Positions 53,849 to 63,476 of a stretch of 64,000 bases of DNA are shown here, piece after piece. How positions within the stretch are numbered: the stretch's first letter is position 1; every line of letters starts with the position of its first letter. The notes beneath the pieces are model-generated. The model made no database searches. It was not told where the DNA came from and saw only the letters and a program-made list of their open reading frames with translations. The position numbers were made by a program, and so were the translations under genes. The stretch lies in assembly GCA_051388875.1 (NCBI GenBank), contig JBMFFR010000002.1, forward strand, positions 218,981-282,980, in the 5' to 3' direction. The stretch comes from Candidatus Brocadiia bacterium JP1 (GTDB lineage Bacteria; Planctomycetota; Brocadiia; Brocadiales; Bathyanammoxibiaceae).

Positions 53849-55093
53849 TTATAGTGGCCCAACATTATCTAGCACCTTTTTGAATCTCCCCAGGAATTCC
53901 TCCTTTGGGTAGTACTTGAGCATATACTCTCTACCGTTTCTGCCCATCTCTTCCCTGACGTTCGCATTGTGATAAAGCTCCAACAGGGCATTAGACAGCC
54001 CTATTGGGTCTTCAGGCTCAACTACAATCCCCGCCTTTGCATCAAGGATAATCTCTGCCGTAGCCCCCCTACCAGCAAATACTACCGGCCTGCCATTGGC
54101 AAGATAATCAAATATGGTGTTTGATACGGGGAACTGCCAGATATCTTCGTTTGGTAAGGAATATACGCCTACGCTGCATCTTTGTATTAAATCTGGTAAA
54201 ACCCTCTTTGGGGCAGCCGGAAAGAACTGACAAATATCAATATTATTTTCCTGGCAATACTCAATATATCCTTTCTTTTTTTCGCCTTCCCCAACAAAGG
54301 CAAATATCATATCGTTCACGCACCGCTCTCTGATGAGCCTGGCTGCTTTCAATATAGTTAAAATCTCTTTAGATTGGCCCAATCCACCTGCACAAAGCAC
54401 ACTGAATCTTTTCTGCACATCAGCGCTCGGTAGGGGATAGCTAACATGTTCCTCTTTCTCATAAGAAGAGTCTAATTGATAGAAGGCGTTAGGAACTACG
54501 GTTATTTGTTCTCTAGGGATTCCTTTTTTTATCAATATTTTTTCAAAGCCTGGACTTGCTGCAATGATATGCTCAGCCCGTTTTAACAGGGTGATTAGAC
54601 ACTTATCCATAAATGTTATCAATAATTTAGATTTTAAATATCCCAGCGCTACGGCAATCTCAGGATAGGGGTCGCGGTAATCTATAACCAGCCTTGATGC
54701 TTTTATCTTTGCCAGGAGGTAGCTCAATGGAAGCTTAAAGACAGGGTCTGTCAGCACATCAATTGAAGAGATGATGACATGGGGCCGTCTTACTTTTAAT
54801 CCGGCAAGAAAAATAATGAAACTGTGAAGCAGGTAGTTGGCTAGCCTATGAAGGGAACTTTTTCTATAATTGGTTAAGGAAAAAGTCTTGATAACGGTCA
54901 ATCCCTGCATATCTTCTACACTCCATAGCCCCGCTCTGCTCTGTGTTATTTCCCCCGTCATGTAGTTGGAACCAGACGTAACGACTATCACCTCATGGCC
55001 TAGCTCTTTCAGGAGTTGCGCTGTCCCCCACGGCCGGGCAGGGCCAGGCTCATCCGGTGTAGGAAAGTGATAGGTAAAAAAAAGTATCCTCAT
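53849..55093 (-). CDS. Glycosyltransferase family 4 (GT-B)
   Basis: 'MRILFFTYHFP...GP.RP...A..L...GHEV.VVT' and the C-terminal 'F.G.GE.K'...'E' pattern. Confidence 0.8.
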   Translation of the reverse strand: MRILFFTYHFPTPDEPGPARPWGTAQLLKELGHEVIVVTSGSNYMTGEITQSRAGLWSVEDMQGLTVIKTFSLTNYRKSSLHRLANYLLHSFIIFLAGLKVRRPHVIISSIDVLTDPVFKLPLSYLLAKIKASRLVIDYRDPYPEIAVALGYLKSKLLITFMDKCLITLLKRAEHIIAASPGFEKILIKKGIPREQITVVPNAFYQLDSSYEKEEHVSYPLPSADVQKRFSVLCAGGLGQSKEILTILKAARLIRERCVNDMIFAFVGEGEKKKGYIEYCQENNIDICQFFPAAPKRVLPDLIQRCSVGVYSLPNEDIWQFPVSNTIFDYLANGRPVVFAGRGATAEIILDAKAGIVVEPEDPIGLSNALLELYHNANVREEMGRNGREYMLKYYPKEEFLGRFKKVLDNVGPL

Positions 55094-56226
55094 CTCCTCA
55101 CTGTTTCTTGCGAAATTTTAACTATAGCATTTATTATCCTATCCAATTCCTCTTCTCTTAACCCAGGGTACACCGGTAAGGAAAGGATTCGTTCTGCGAT
55201 GGCCTCACAGATGGAGAGGGTGGGGCTATTCGGTATCGTTTCAAAGGCTGGCTGCTTATGTATGGGTCTGGGATAATGGATAGCTGTGCCTATGCCCTCC
55301 TCCTTCAATGCATTTACAAAGTCGTTTCTACTACAATTTAATTTATCCGGCTCCAGCAGGATAGTATATTGGTGGTAGGAGTGTTCTACTGCTTCTGGAA
55401 CAAAGGGGGTTACAATTCCATCAATTCTGGACAACCTTTTTGTTAAACAGGCTGCGTTCAGCCTCCTTTTCTTTATAAATTCGTCCAGCTTTTTAAGCTG
55501 TTCCAGACCGATAGCAGCTTCAACATCGGTCATACGATAGTTAAATCCTAAAACGATGTGGTTATATTTTTCCTTCTGTCCATGGCTGCGTAATAGCTGG
55601 CATTTTTCTGCAAGCCCTGCATCATTCGTGGTTATCATGCCCCCTTCCCCTGTAATCATGTTCTTTGTGGGATAAAAAGAATAGCAAGCTAGGTCTGCAA
55701 AGCAGCCCACATCCCGCCCCTTATATTTTGTGCCATGTGCTTGGGCCGCATCCCAGATAATTTTTAATCCATATTTTTTTGAGAATTCTATAATTTCATC
55801 CATTTCACAGGCATTTCCAAAGAGATGCACGGGTACTATGGCCCTGGTCTTTTTTGTCAGTCTTTTTTGGGCATCCTTGACGTCCAGCGTAAAGGTTCTA
55901 GCGTCAACATCGCAGAAAATAGGTTTGCAGCCTGCGAAGCATACCATGCTTGCGGTAGAGATGTGGCTAAAAGAGGGGACAATTACTTCATCACCTGGGT
56001 TTAATAGGGCAATATAGGCGATGTGCAGGGCTGCCGTACCAGAACTGACGGCAATAGCGTACCGAGCCCCAACCTTTTCTGCAAAGGCGGCCTCAAACTC
56101 CTCGGTCTTCCTTCCTTGAATTATGTACCCAGATTTTAAAACCTCCACCGCAGCCTCTATCTCATCGGCGGAGAGTTCCACCTTAGCCACAGGTATAAAA
56201 CTCTTAATTGGACCACCCTTTTGCAT
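55090..56226 (-). CDS. DegT/DnrJ/EryC1/StrS family sugar aminotransferase (WbpE-like position)
   Basis: 'GYIIQGRKTEEFEAAFA', 'AVSSGTAALHIA' and 'SFYPTKNMITGEGG'. Confidence 0.9.
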   Translation of the reverse strand: MQKGGPIKSFIPVAKVELSADEIEAAVEVLKSGYIIQGRKTEEFEAAFAEKVGARYAIAVSSGTAALHIAYIALLNPGDEVIVPSFSHISTASMVCFAGCKPIFCDVDARTFTLDVKDAQKRLTKKTRAIVPVHLFGNACEMDEIIEFSKKYGLKIIWDAAQAHGTKYKGRDVGCFADLACYSFYPTKNMITGEGGMITTNDAGLAEKCQLLRSHGQKEKYNHIVLGFNYRMTDVEAAIGLEQLKKLDEFIKKRRLNAACLTKRLSRIDGIVTPFVPEAVEHSYHQYTILLEPDKLNCSRNDFVNALKEEGIGTAIHYPRPIHKQPAFETIPNSPTLSICEAIAERILSLPVYPGLREEELDRIINAIVKISQETVRR

Positions 56227-56240
56227 AGAGCTTGGGTTTT

Positions 56241-57239
56241 TTATCCCTCCCCCATACTTGTAACTTTACCTATCAGGGATTCCGTAAGACGCATTATTTT
56301 AATTGAATCTGCAACAGAATTTAAGGGGTTGGTATCCCCCTTTTTAATGCACTCTATGAAATGGCTGAGTTCAAGCTCAAATAGGTCTGTGTGGGGAAAT
56401 CTGAAAAAATTATAGCCCTCGTTATAACGCCCACGTTGCTTCTTACAATACACAGCAGTGGGGAAGAAGTCCAGTATAGAACTCCAGAGCGAACCATTAG
56501 TACCATGGACTTCCAGATAATTCATATATGAGGGAGAAAGAAGGTCACTTTCGCATATTACCTTTGTTCCGTTCTGCATCTCCATCTTTATAAGTATCAA
56601 GTCCTCAGCGTTTGTTTTTACAACCCTGCCCTCTATTACTCGCTCCTTCAGGACCGTATCTGCGTAAAGGTTTACTGCTCCTTTAACCTCACCGAAGTAC
56701 CACAGTGCCAGGTCAAGCATATGAACCAGCATCTCATTAGCGGCACCACCGCCGGTCTCCCGAAGGTGCTTCCATGCCTTATGGGAGCCACGCCCGCCTA
56801 ACCTGAGGATAGCGTAGTAAGGCTCACCAATAATCCCTTCTTGGAGAACGTCCCTTACAAATTGAAAGGCTGGATGAAACCTGTAGAGATAACCTACCAT
56901 GACTATCTTCCCGACATTGCTGGCTCTTTCTTGAATCCGTAATGCTTCCTCTAAGTTTCTTGCCAGCGGTTTTTCGCAGAACACGTGTTTTCTGCTGTCA
57001 AGGGACTTCAGGATTACTTCTGCATGAGAAGGGGTAGGGATGCATACATCTATTGCAGTGACAGTGTCCCCTGCAATTAAATTGTCGGGATTGTCGCACC
57101 ACTTGGCCCCATAGCTTTCAGCCACAACTTTACCCTTCTCCACAATGTCGGCGACGGTAACCTCTACACCTTTTAGCTTTCTATAGGCGTTAAGATGCTT
57201 CTCCGCAATCTTACCACACCCGATAACGCCTATTTTCAT
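56241..57239 (-). CDS. Gfo/Idh/MocA family NAD-dependent sugar oxidoreductase (WbpB-like position)
   Basis: 'MKIGVIGCGKIAEKH' and 'EKPLA'. Confidence 0.88.
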   Translation of the reverse strand: MKIGVIGCGKIAEKHLNAYRKLKGVEVTVADIVEKGKVVAESYGAKWCDNPDNLIAGDTVTAIDVCIPTPSHAEVILKSLDSRKHVFCEKPLARNLEEALRIQERASNVGKIVMVGYLYRFHPAFQFVRDVLQEGIIGEPYYAILRLGGRGSHKAWKHLRETGGGAANEMLVHMLDLALWYFGEVKGAVNLYADTVLKERVIEGRVVKTNAEDLILIKMEMQNGTKVICESDLLSPSYMNYLEVHGTNGSLWSSILDFFPTAVYCKKQRGRYNEGYNFFRFPHTDLFELELSHFIECIKKGDTNPLNSVADSIKIMRLTESLIGKVTSMGEG

Positions 57240-57278
57240 CCTTTGATTCCGTTGGTTAAAGGTTATGAGATAAAAACT

Positions 57279-57872
57279 CTACCACACTTTTGCCCTGTTT
57301 CTCTCCCTCAATTTCTCTGGTAAAGGTTTGAATTTGGCAGGAACTCCGATGGCTAAACTCCAGGGTGGCACGTCTCTTGTAACCACGCTGCCAGCTGCAA
57401 CCATAGAGCCCTCACCCACCCGCACCCCGGGCAAAAGGGTAGCATTGGCCCCTATGGTTACACTATCCTCAAGGATAGGGCCTAGCGGCTCATACAAGTC
57501 CCGCAAACGCTGAGGGTATTTATCATTGGTCAGTACAGCACCTGGGCCAATAAAGACATAACTACCTATTTTTGTATGCGTAGGGATATACACGTTACTT
57601 TCTATCTTGACGAAGTCACCTATTTCTACATTACCGTCTATTACTGCGTTGCTTCCTATTACTATCCTGTTTCCTATTTTAGTCCTTTCCCTTATTAAGA
57701 CAGAATGTCCTGTCTTAAAATCATTCCCAATCTCTACATCTGCGTAAATAACAGTGCCCCAGCGGATTATAGCCCTATCACCAATAATTGTCTCCTTACA
57801 CTTTTCGGTATATTTTAATCCGAGTACAACATTATCCTGAATCACACAATCCTTGCCCAGCTTAGCGTACAT
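57279..57872 (-). CDS. Hexapeptide-repeat (left-handed beta-helix) N-acetyltransferase (WbpD-like position)
   Basis: Repeated [LIV]-G-x4 hexapeptides throughout; 197 aa. Confidence 0.88.
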   Translation of the reverse strand: MYAKLGKDCVIQDNVVLGLKYTEKCKETIIGDRAIIRWGTVIYADVEIGNDFKTGHSVLIRERTKIGNRIVIGSNAVIDGNVEIGDFVKIESNVYIPTHTKIGSYVFIGPGAVLTNDKYPQRLRDLYEPLGPILEDSVTIGANATLLPGVRVGEGSMVAAGSVVTRDVPPWSLAIGVPAKFKPLPEKLRERNRAKVW

Positions 57873-57938
57873 ATTCCATAACCCTGTCTCTTAATTCCTA
57901 TTCCGCCCTGTACAATAAAGAACCAGGTGTTAAAAGAA

Positions 57939-59150
57939 TTATTTCCCCATAATTTGGTTTACAAAGGAGAAGAATTTTCTTTTTTCAATTTCCCAGTTAA
58001 AACACTCTTCAAATGCCTGGCGAGCATTGAGGCTCATTAGCCGTAACCTTTCCGGGTCCTCTAAGAGTTTAGTAATTGTATTGGCTACATCTTCAATACA
58101 TTCTGTGTCAACAAGCAGACCACAATGGGCCTCTTCAACAGTTTTACCTATTTCTCCAAAGTTAGGTCCTATGATGGGGACACCCGCCTGCATATAGGTA
58201 AAGAGCTTTCTACCATTATGGGCAGATGCTGACCACTCGTTTGCCATATTTTTTTGATAAAGCGCAAGGCCAATTTGAGCACTACGCAAATGGACGAGCA
58301 TTTTATTATACGGCATTTGATCTAAAAAGCAGACATTTGCCTCTACGCCCTCCTCCGTTATTAATCTGCTGATGGCTTCCGGGTCATCATACATCCGGCC
58401 TATAAATAAAAATAATACGTCAGGGTGTTTTTTCTTGACTAGGGCGGCTGCCTTAATTGCAACCCTTAGCCCCCTTCTAATACTTAACTCTCCTGTATAG
58501 GCGACGACCTGTCTTCCTAAGTACTTGTTATTCAAGAACTTAACCTCTTCAACGGTGGGGTCATCTATTTTAGATGGTACATTCCAGAGTACTTGGACAT
58601 GAGAGTTCCACCGTTTGTAAAACCTTTCAAGCCACCCGTTTCTGGTATCTATTGTAGCAATTCCGTTGAGGCGGCTAACTAATAATCCTTCTACTAGTCC
58701 TTCAACAAAATTAATTGCTGGTAAAACTTTGTCCTCAAGTTGCCCAAAATGGTGTGCTATTTGATAGGCAAAGGGATCGCTGGCATCGTAAATCTTCTTA
58801 CCAGGAAGAAACGGAGCCATTGGGAGGAGCATCAAATGGGACAAAAGCCACAGGTCCACTTTACCAATTTTGGGAATAGCCTTCAACAAGTGATAGTAGT
58901 ATCTGGGTGATTGGATAACCACCGAGGGGCCAGTAGAAAAAGGTGGGGCAGGGATACGAACCCATTGCCAATTGTCAACTAAATCTACACACTGTTCGGG
59001 GATGGAACTGTTGCCAGTGCGGTCCCATGCAATTACTGAAATCTTCCACCCCTGTTCTTTAAGGGAACGCAAAATTAAAACCCGGCGTGGAATCGGCTTA
59101 GAATAATAAAGAATTACTCCGATATGCTTACTCATACAAACACCCACCAT
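57939..59150 (-). CDS. Glycosyltransferase (GT-B fold, GT1/GT4-like)
   Basis: The C-terminal half reads 'VAYTGELSIRRGL...LFLFIGR...GVPIIGPNFGEIGKTVEE...GLLVD'. Confidence 0.75.
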   Translation of the reverse strand: MVGVCMSKHIGVILYYSKPIPRRVLILRSLKEQGWKISVIAWDRTGNSSIPEQCVDLVDNWQWVRIPAPPFSTGPSVVIQSPRYYYHLLKAIPKIGKVDLWLLSHLMLLPMAPFLPGKKIYDASDPFAYQIAHHFGQLEDKVLPAINFVEGLVEGLLVSRLNGIATIDTRNGWLERFYKRWNSHVQVLWNVPSKIDDPTVEEVKFLNNKYLGRQVVAYTGELSIRRGLRVAIKAAALVKKKHPDVLFLFIGRMYDDPEAISRLITEEGVEANVCFLDQMPYNKMLVHLRSAQIGLALYQKNMANEWSASAHNGRKLFTYMQAGVPIIGPNFGEIGKTVEEAHCGLLVDTECIEDVANTITKLLEDPERLRLMSLNARQAFEECFNWEIEKRKFFSFVNQIMGK

Positions 59151-59162
59151 TTAGTGCCCACT

Positions 59163-60152
59163 TCACTTTGTCACCCTTTCATCCAATAACCTATAGCTTG
59201 ATCGGTTAATAATCCAACGCATAGATAACCATAGCGATTTTCTCCACGTGAGTTCACAATCATAATACCTATCATCTTGCCCCATTAAGAAATCAAGCAC
59301 CTCTGATACAGGAGCCACCCAGATATCGCGCTCCTTCACAAGTCTGATGGCCTTACTGAAGGCACAGGATGGCCTTCCATCACTACCTACAAAATCCGGA
59401 TAGCCGAGATGAGTATATCCTATACATACTCCGCCTTCCTCACACAGCCTATCTAGATTTTTATCCGTCAATAGACTAGAGAAAATGTTAATATTGCTCA
59501 TATCTGTTGAGCTAAACCAGTAGGGTACCAGTGGTCGCTTTGGGTCCCAGTACGGCATATACGGGTCCATCTTAATAGTATTAATATCTCTAAAAACTAG
59601 ATTGCGGACATACTTTATTCTGGAAGAAAGGACATCAGCCCAAAAGTAAGGAGAACCTGGGGTTGAACCCAGATATATCTTTCTTTTGTCTCTTCTGAAA
59701 AAGGGATAAATCCAGTTGAGAGGCCAGGCGAGTCGTTCTGAATAATTCCAGTACACACTATCAGGGTTGGAATGGTGGTTACACTGGATGTTTGGATATG
59801 CACCCAGAACGTCCTTGAATATCTCTATAGCCGAACATATCTCGTTCCGCAAATATATGCCATTCCCAACATTATGCAAAGCAATCTCAAATCCCCGACC
59901 TTTTATCTTTTTAAGCCATTCTACATATGCCCCATCTAATAAGTTGCCTGTATCTCTCCTGCCCCGCCTTGGCGGTAGTACCCAGGTACTTCTTGTTATC
60001 CTGAATCCCAAGCTGTGCAGTTCGTCATATAATGGCTCAAGGTTTCTTGTGTTCCCCTCGTCTGCATCGTCTAAAATAGTCAGTGCTGCGCTAGCACCCC
60101 CAGGAAATTTGCCTCTGAGTTCAAACTTGTAATTCATCTGATTTTCAACCAA
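59163..60152 (-). CDS. Hypothetical protein, possibly a divergent polysaccharide-deacetylase-like fold
   Basis: 329-aa ORF within the glycan operon. 'ALTILDDADEG' weakly resembles a NodB 'TFDDG' motif. Confidence in the function is low. Confidence 0.4.
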   Translation of the reverse strand: MVENQMNYKFELRGKFPGGASAALTILDDADEGNTRNLEPLYDELHSLGFRITRSTWVLPPRRGRRDTGNLLDGAYVEWLKKIKGRGFEIALHNVGNGIYLRNEICSAIEIFKDVLGAYPNIQCNHHSNPDSVYWNYSERLAWPLNWIYPFFRRDKRKIYLGSTPGSPYFWADVLSSRIKYVRNLVFRDINTIKMDPYMPYWDPKRPLVPYWFSSTDMSNINIFSSLLTDKNLDRLCEEGGVCIGYTHLGYPDFVGSDGRPSCAFSKAIRLVKERDIWVAPVSEVLDFLMGQDDRYYDCELTWRKSLWLSMRWIINRSSYRLLDERVTK

Positions 60153-60166
60153 CCCCCAATAGTTAC

Positions 60167-61084
60167 TTATTCTGAACCTGGACGGTGTATCATAGCAGCA
60201 AAAGCGATTTTAAAGTCTTCTACCTCTATAGAAGTAAAGCGCTTATCAAGTTTTACCAGGTTAATGAAAGTCTCAGCATCTTCCACCGGAACGGTTTTCT
60301 CCTTAATCAATTCAAAACCCGATTCTTTCATCAAATTAAGGAATTCAACATGTCGGATACGATTTTGGTAATTAAATTTTCGGCTTTGCATTATTTCCCA
60401 CAACCATTCTGAGTAGCTAAGATAACCAAGGGGATTAGAGCACCCATCGCGGGGGTAGAAGATGTCAATAAACCTGACGTTATTGCAGAGGATTCCTTCC
60501 TTTTTAACTATGTTCTTAGCCGTTGCAAATGTCCTTCGCAACTGCGGTAACGGCACATGACCTAAAGAGGAATAGGAATAAAATAGGTCTATGGACTCTT
60601 TTTCAAGTTTAAGGTCACTAAGTTCTTTACCAACATGATAATGTACGTTTAGATACTTTAAGCAATCACTGAGACTATTCATTGGAATACGTTTTAGTAG
60701 CCCCCGAATATTACTAATCCCAGAGAAATTTTCTATTTCATCTGCAACCGTCTCTAGCCCTTCTAAGCTTGCATGACAGTCACGCAGGTTAAGATGTGGC
60801 AGTATGTCAACGGTATGAACTTCAGCGGCACCCAGTAAATGGAAGAAAAAGAGGTCAATTCCTGACCACCCTGTCCCAATCTCAACCACCTTCTTATCCT
60901 TTAAATTGATTGGGACGTTCTCATAAAGGTATCTCCAATGCTCCAGCTTCCTTTGTACATACTCACCACGAATAGAATCTAAGCATTCCTTGGTTCCACT
61001 CTCTTCAAAAAGCTGATGTATTTTATGCGAGTAGGGTATGAAATCCAGTATCTTCTCCCCTACCAACCTTAAGCGCCAGTCCAT
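60167..61084 (-). CDS. Putative class I SAM-dependent methyltransferase
   Basis: 'KKVVEIGTGWSG' (motif I-like) and 'IDLFYSYSSLGHVP'. Confidence 0.6.
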   Translation of the reverse strand: MDWRLRLVGEKILDFIPYSHKIHQLFEESGTKECLDSIRGEYVQRKLEHWRYLYENVPINLKDKKVVEIGTGWSGIDLFFFHLLGAAEVHTVDILPHLNLRDCHASLEGLETVADEIENFSGISNIRGLLKRIPMNSLSDCLKYLNVHYHVGKELSDLKLEKESIDLFYSYSSLGHVPLPQLRRTFATAKNIVKKEGILCNNVRFIDIFYPRDGCSNPLGYLSYSEWLWEIMQSRKFNYQNRIRHVEFLNLMKESGFELIKEKTVPVEDAETFINLVKLDKRFTSIEVEDFKIAFAAMIHRPGSE

Positions 61085-61242
61085 CTCCTGTATAGCTCCA
61101 CAAAACCAGACTTGCCTTCACTAAAATTAACATTAATGCAAGTCGTGTTAGATATTAAATTGCCTGTCTCTTTTTATCATAGTGTAAGGATTCCTTTCCA
61201 TAGGCTTTTGCAAGTGCCAATCACACGATTGTTTGCGGCACC

Positions 61243-62037
61243 TTACACCATCTTTCCTGAAAACAAAAGGTTTTTGTAAAATCTATAAGGCATCACTAAC
61301 CAATCAATCGCTTTGACCAATTTTAATTTAAATTCCAAAAAAGAAGTATCCTTAACGATAATATTTCTTTTGATTAAAAATAAATTATCGCCCTTTTTAA
61401 CCAGGCCAGCATGAACTGAAAAAGCTCCCTTGTATCCCTCTCTCTTTAGGGCTTCAATAACTTCTTCTGAATAACGCCCACGCGGATAAGCAAAATAAGA
61501 AAATGAATCTTCCCTTTTAACTTCCTTTTCTAACTTTTCTTCGGATAGGGTATTCAGCAAATTGTGGGTCCTAGAATGAAATTGGAAGTCAATTAATCCG
61601 GTTGCCTTCATCTCTTCTATTTGATGTTGATTTAACATCTGGAACCAGATTCCCAAATTCTTTCTGGCTTCCTCAGTATCGGAACCAGAGAGCAGAAAGA
61701 TGGTTGCCGGAATATTGTATTTCTGAAGGATTGGAAAGGCATTGGTAAAATTGTCCTCGTAACCGTCATCAAAGGTTATAGCCACAGTCCTTCGGGGTAA
61801 ATCTCTTTCCCCTTTTACAAAACTTGCAATCTCATCTAGAGTTGCAATGTAATAGTTTTTTTTTAGAAATTCTATCTGCTTCTCAAAAATCTCAGGTGCT
61901 ACTGAAAGATGCCAACTGTCTTTTGATACCGAATGATAACATAGAACAGAAACTTCTTGAAAATCAAAAACAGGATTTAAAGCATTTCTTAACCAATAGA
62001 AGATAAAATAAATTATATTTTTGGCAACATGTAACAT
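61243..62037 (-). CDS. Polysaccharide deacetylase (NodB homology domain, CE4)
   Basis: 'VAITFDDGYEDNFTNAFPILQKYNIPATIFL' and 'FQFHSRTH'. Confidence 0.88.
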   Translation of the reverse strand: MLHVAKNIIYFIFYWLRNALNPVFDFQEVSVLCYHSVSKDSWHLSVAPEIFEKQIEFLKKNYYIATLDEIASFVKGERDLPRRTVAITFDDGYEDNFTNAFPILQKYNIPATIFLLSGSDTEEARKNLGIWFQMLNQHQIEEMKATGLIDFQFHSRTHNLLNTLSEEKLEKEVKREDSFSYFAYPRGRYSEEVIEALKREGYKGAFSVHAGLVKKGDNLFLIKRNIIVKDTSFLEFKLKLVKAIDWLVMPYRFYKNLLFSGKMV

Positions 62038-62362
62038 TATTCAAGACAAATTTAAATCCTTCTGGTAATATCCTGGAATTTTCGCCAAGGGCGAATCTGC
62101 CTCAGGCATGACTTGAATAAAGTAAAAGATGAGTGTAAGATAACTCCAAATGTTGATGTAAGAAGTTGTCCAGATTTAGGTTAAAGAGTAAAAGTACTTA
62201 CACCCCTGGGGACAAAGATACCATTTAGTGCGTTCTAAAGCAAGAGTGTTTTGGAATCATGGAAGGGGGCGTTATTCTGTTCTTTTATAAGCGGTGGTTA
62301 CTTGTGCCGTAGATTTCTTATGGGGAAATGGGAGTGGTAACCCATAGTGGGAGACCGCTGCG

Positions 62363-62470
62363 AAAAGTACTGCTCTGTCACCCCGAACTTGTTTCGGGGT
62401 CCCTAAGCCTATGATTTTATTAGATGCTGAAACGATACTGAAACAATTTCGCACAAGGTTCGGCATGACA
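62363..62470. repeat. Intergenic repeat, family R2, copy c
   Basis: 'AAAAGTACTGCTCTGTCACCCCGAACTTGTTTCGGGGTCC...ATTAGATGCTGAAACGATACTGAAACAATTTCGCACAAG', in the same orientation as copy b. Confidence 0.7.
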
Positions 62471-62504
62471 TGTTGTGTTGTTTTATGATTTTTAAGAGGT
62501 CTCA

Positions 62505-63476
62505 GTGGACATTAAAGATAAATTTTGTGGCTGTCTCCTTGGTCTTGCGATTGGGGATGCACTTGGGATGCCCTTTGAGGGGTGGTCATCTGCAAGTATA
62601 AAAAGGCAATGGAAGGAAGTGGGGACTACCAGTGGCCCACGCCACTCAACAAGCACTTTCAAGCCATTTTTGCCCTCTCCCTTTAGGGAACTAGGCCCCG
62701 GACAGTACACAGACGACACGCTAATGGCCCTCTGCCATGTCCGTAGCCTCATTGAGAAGCGGGGCGTAGAGCCAGAAGATATTAGCAAGGAGTTTATAGA
62801 GTGGTATGACTCTGGAAATCTCAGGGGTATTGGGGCCACCACTGCCTATGCCATCAAGAGGCTCAAGAGGGGTTATAAGTGGCAGGAAAGCGGAGCCACC
62901 GGAGAGTACGCAGCGGGTAATGGTGGGGCTATGCGGATTGCCCCGGTAGGTCTCTTCTACCATGATGACCTTACAGCACTAAAAGAGGCCGTGAGAAAGG
63001 CCGTTGTCATTACTCATAATAACTCCGAGGCGGTAGCTGGTGCCCTTGCAGTGGCCTACCTGGTGGCCAAGGCTGTAAGAAATGAGATGCACCCGGATAC
63101 GGCTATACAGGACACAATTAACTTTATTGGCCCTTGTAAGGTAAGTGAAAAGCTGCAAAGGGCAGGGAAGTTACTCAATTCAGATGCAACACCAGAAAAG
63201 GCTACCGAAACCCTTGGAACTTCAGGCTATGTAGTGGAGACGGTAGCCAGTGCGGTATTCTGTTTTCTTTATAGCCCTGAGGATTTCTATACCACAATTG
63301 TTAACGCAGTAGAAGGGGGAAAAGACTCTGATACCACGGCGGCAGTGGCGGGGGCAATCAGTGGTAGCTATAATGGCATAAAAGGAATCCCGGAGGACTG
63401 GTTAGAGAACGTGGAAAATTCTAATGGGCTGCAAGACCTTGCCAATAAGCTTTATTTAGCCTGGAGGGAGAAGTGA
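62505..63476 (+). CDS. ADP-ribosylglycohydrolase family protein
   Basis: 'GCLLGLAIGDALGMPFEG', 'YTDDT', 'GNGGAMR' and 'GGDSDTTAAVAGAI'. It has a GTG start. Confidence 0.9.
   Translation: MDIKDKFCGCLLGLAIGDALGMPFEGWSSASIKRQWKEVGTTSGPRHSTSTFKPFLPSPFRELGPGQYTDDTLMALCHVRSLIEKRGVEPEDISKEFIEWYDSGNLRGIGATTAYAIKRLKRGYKWQESGATGEYAAGNGGAMRIAPVGLFYHDDLTALKEAVRKAVVITHNNSEAVAGALAVAYLVAKAVRNEMHPDTAIQDTINFIGPCKVSEKLQRAGKLLNSDATPEKATETLGTSGYVVETVASAVFCFLYSPEDFYTTIVNAVEGGKDSDTTAAVAGAISGSYNGIKGIPEDWLENVENSNGLQDLANKLYLAWREK

Noticed and set aside
62272-62842. Minus-strand ORFs of 64 aa and 116 aa
   Set aside because: The first is a translation of the R2 repeat. The second is a shadow of the ADP-ribosylglycohydrolase gene.
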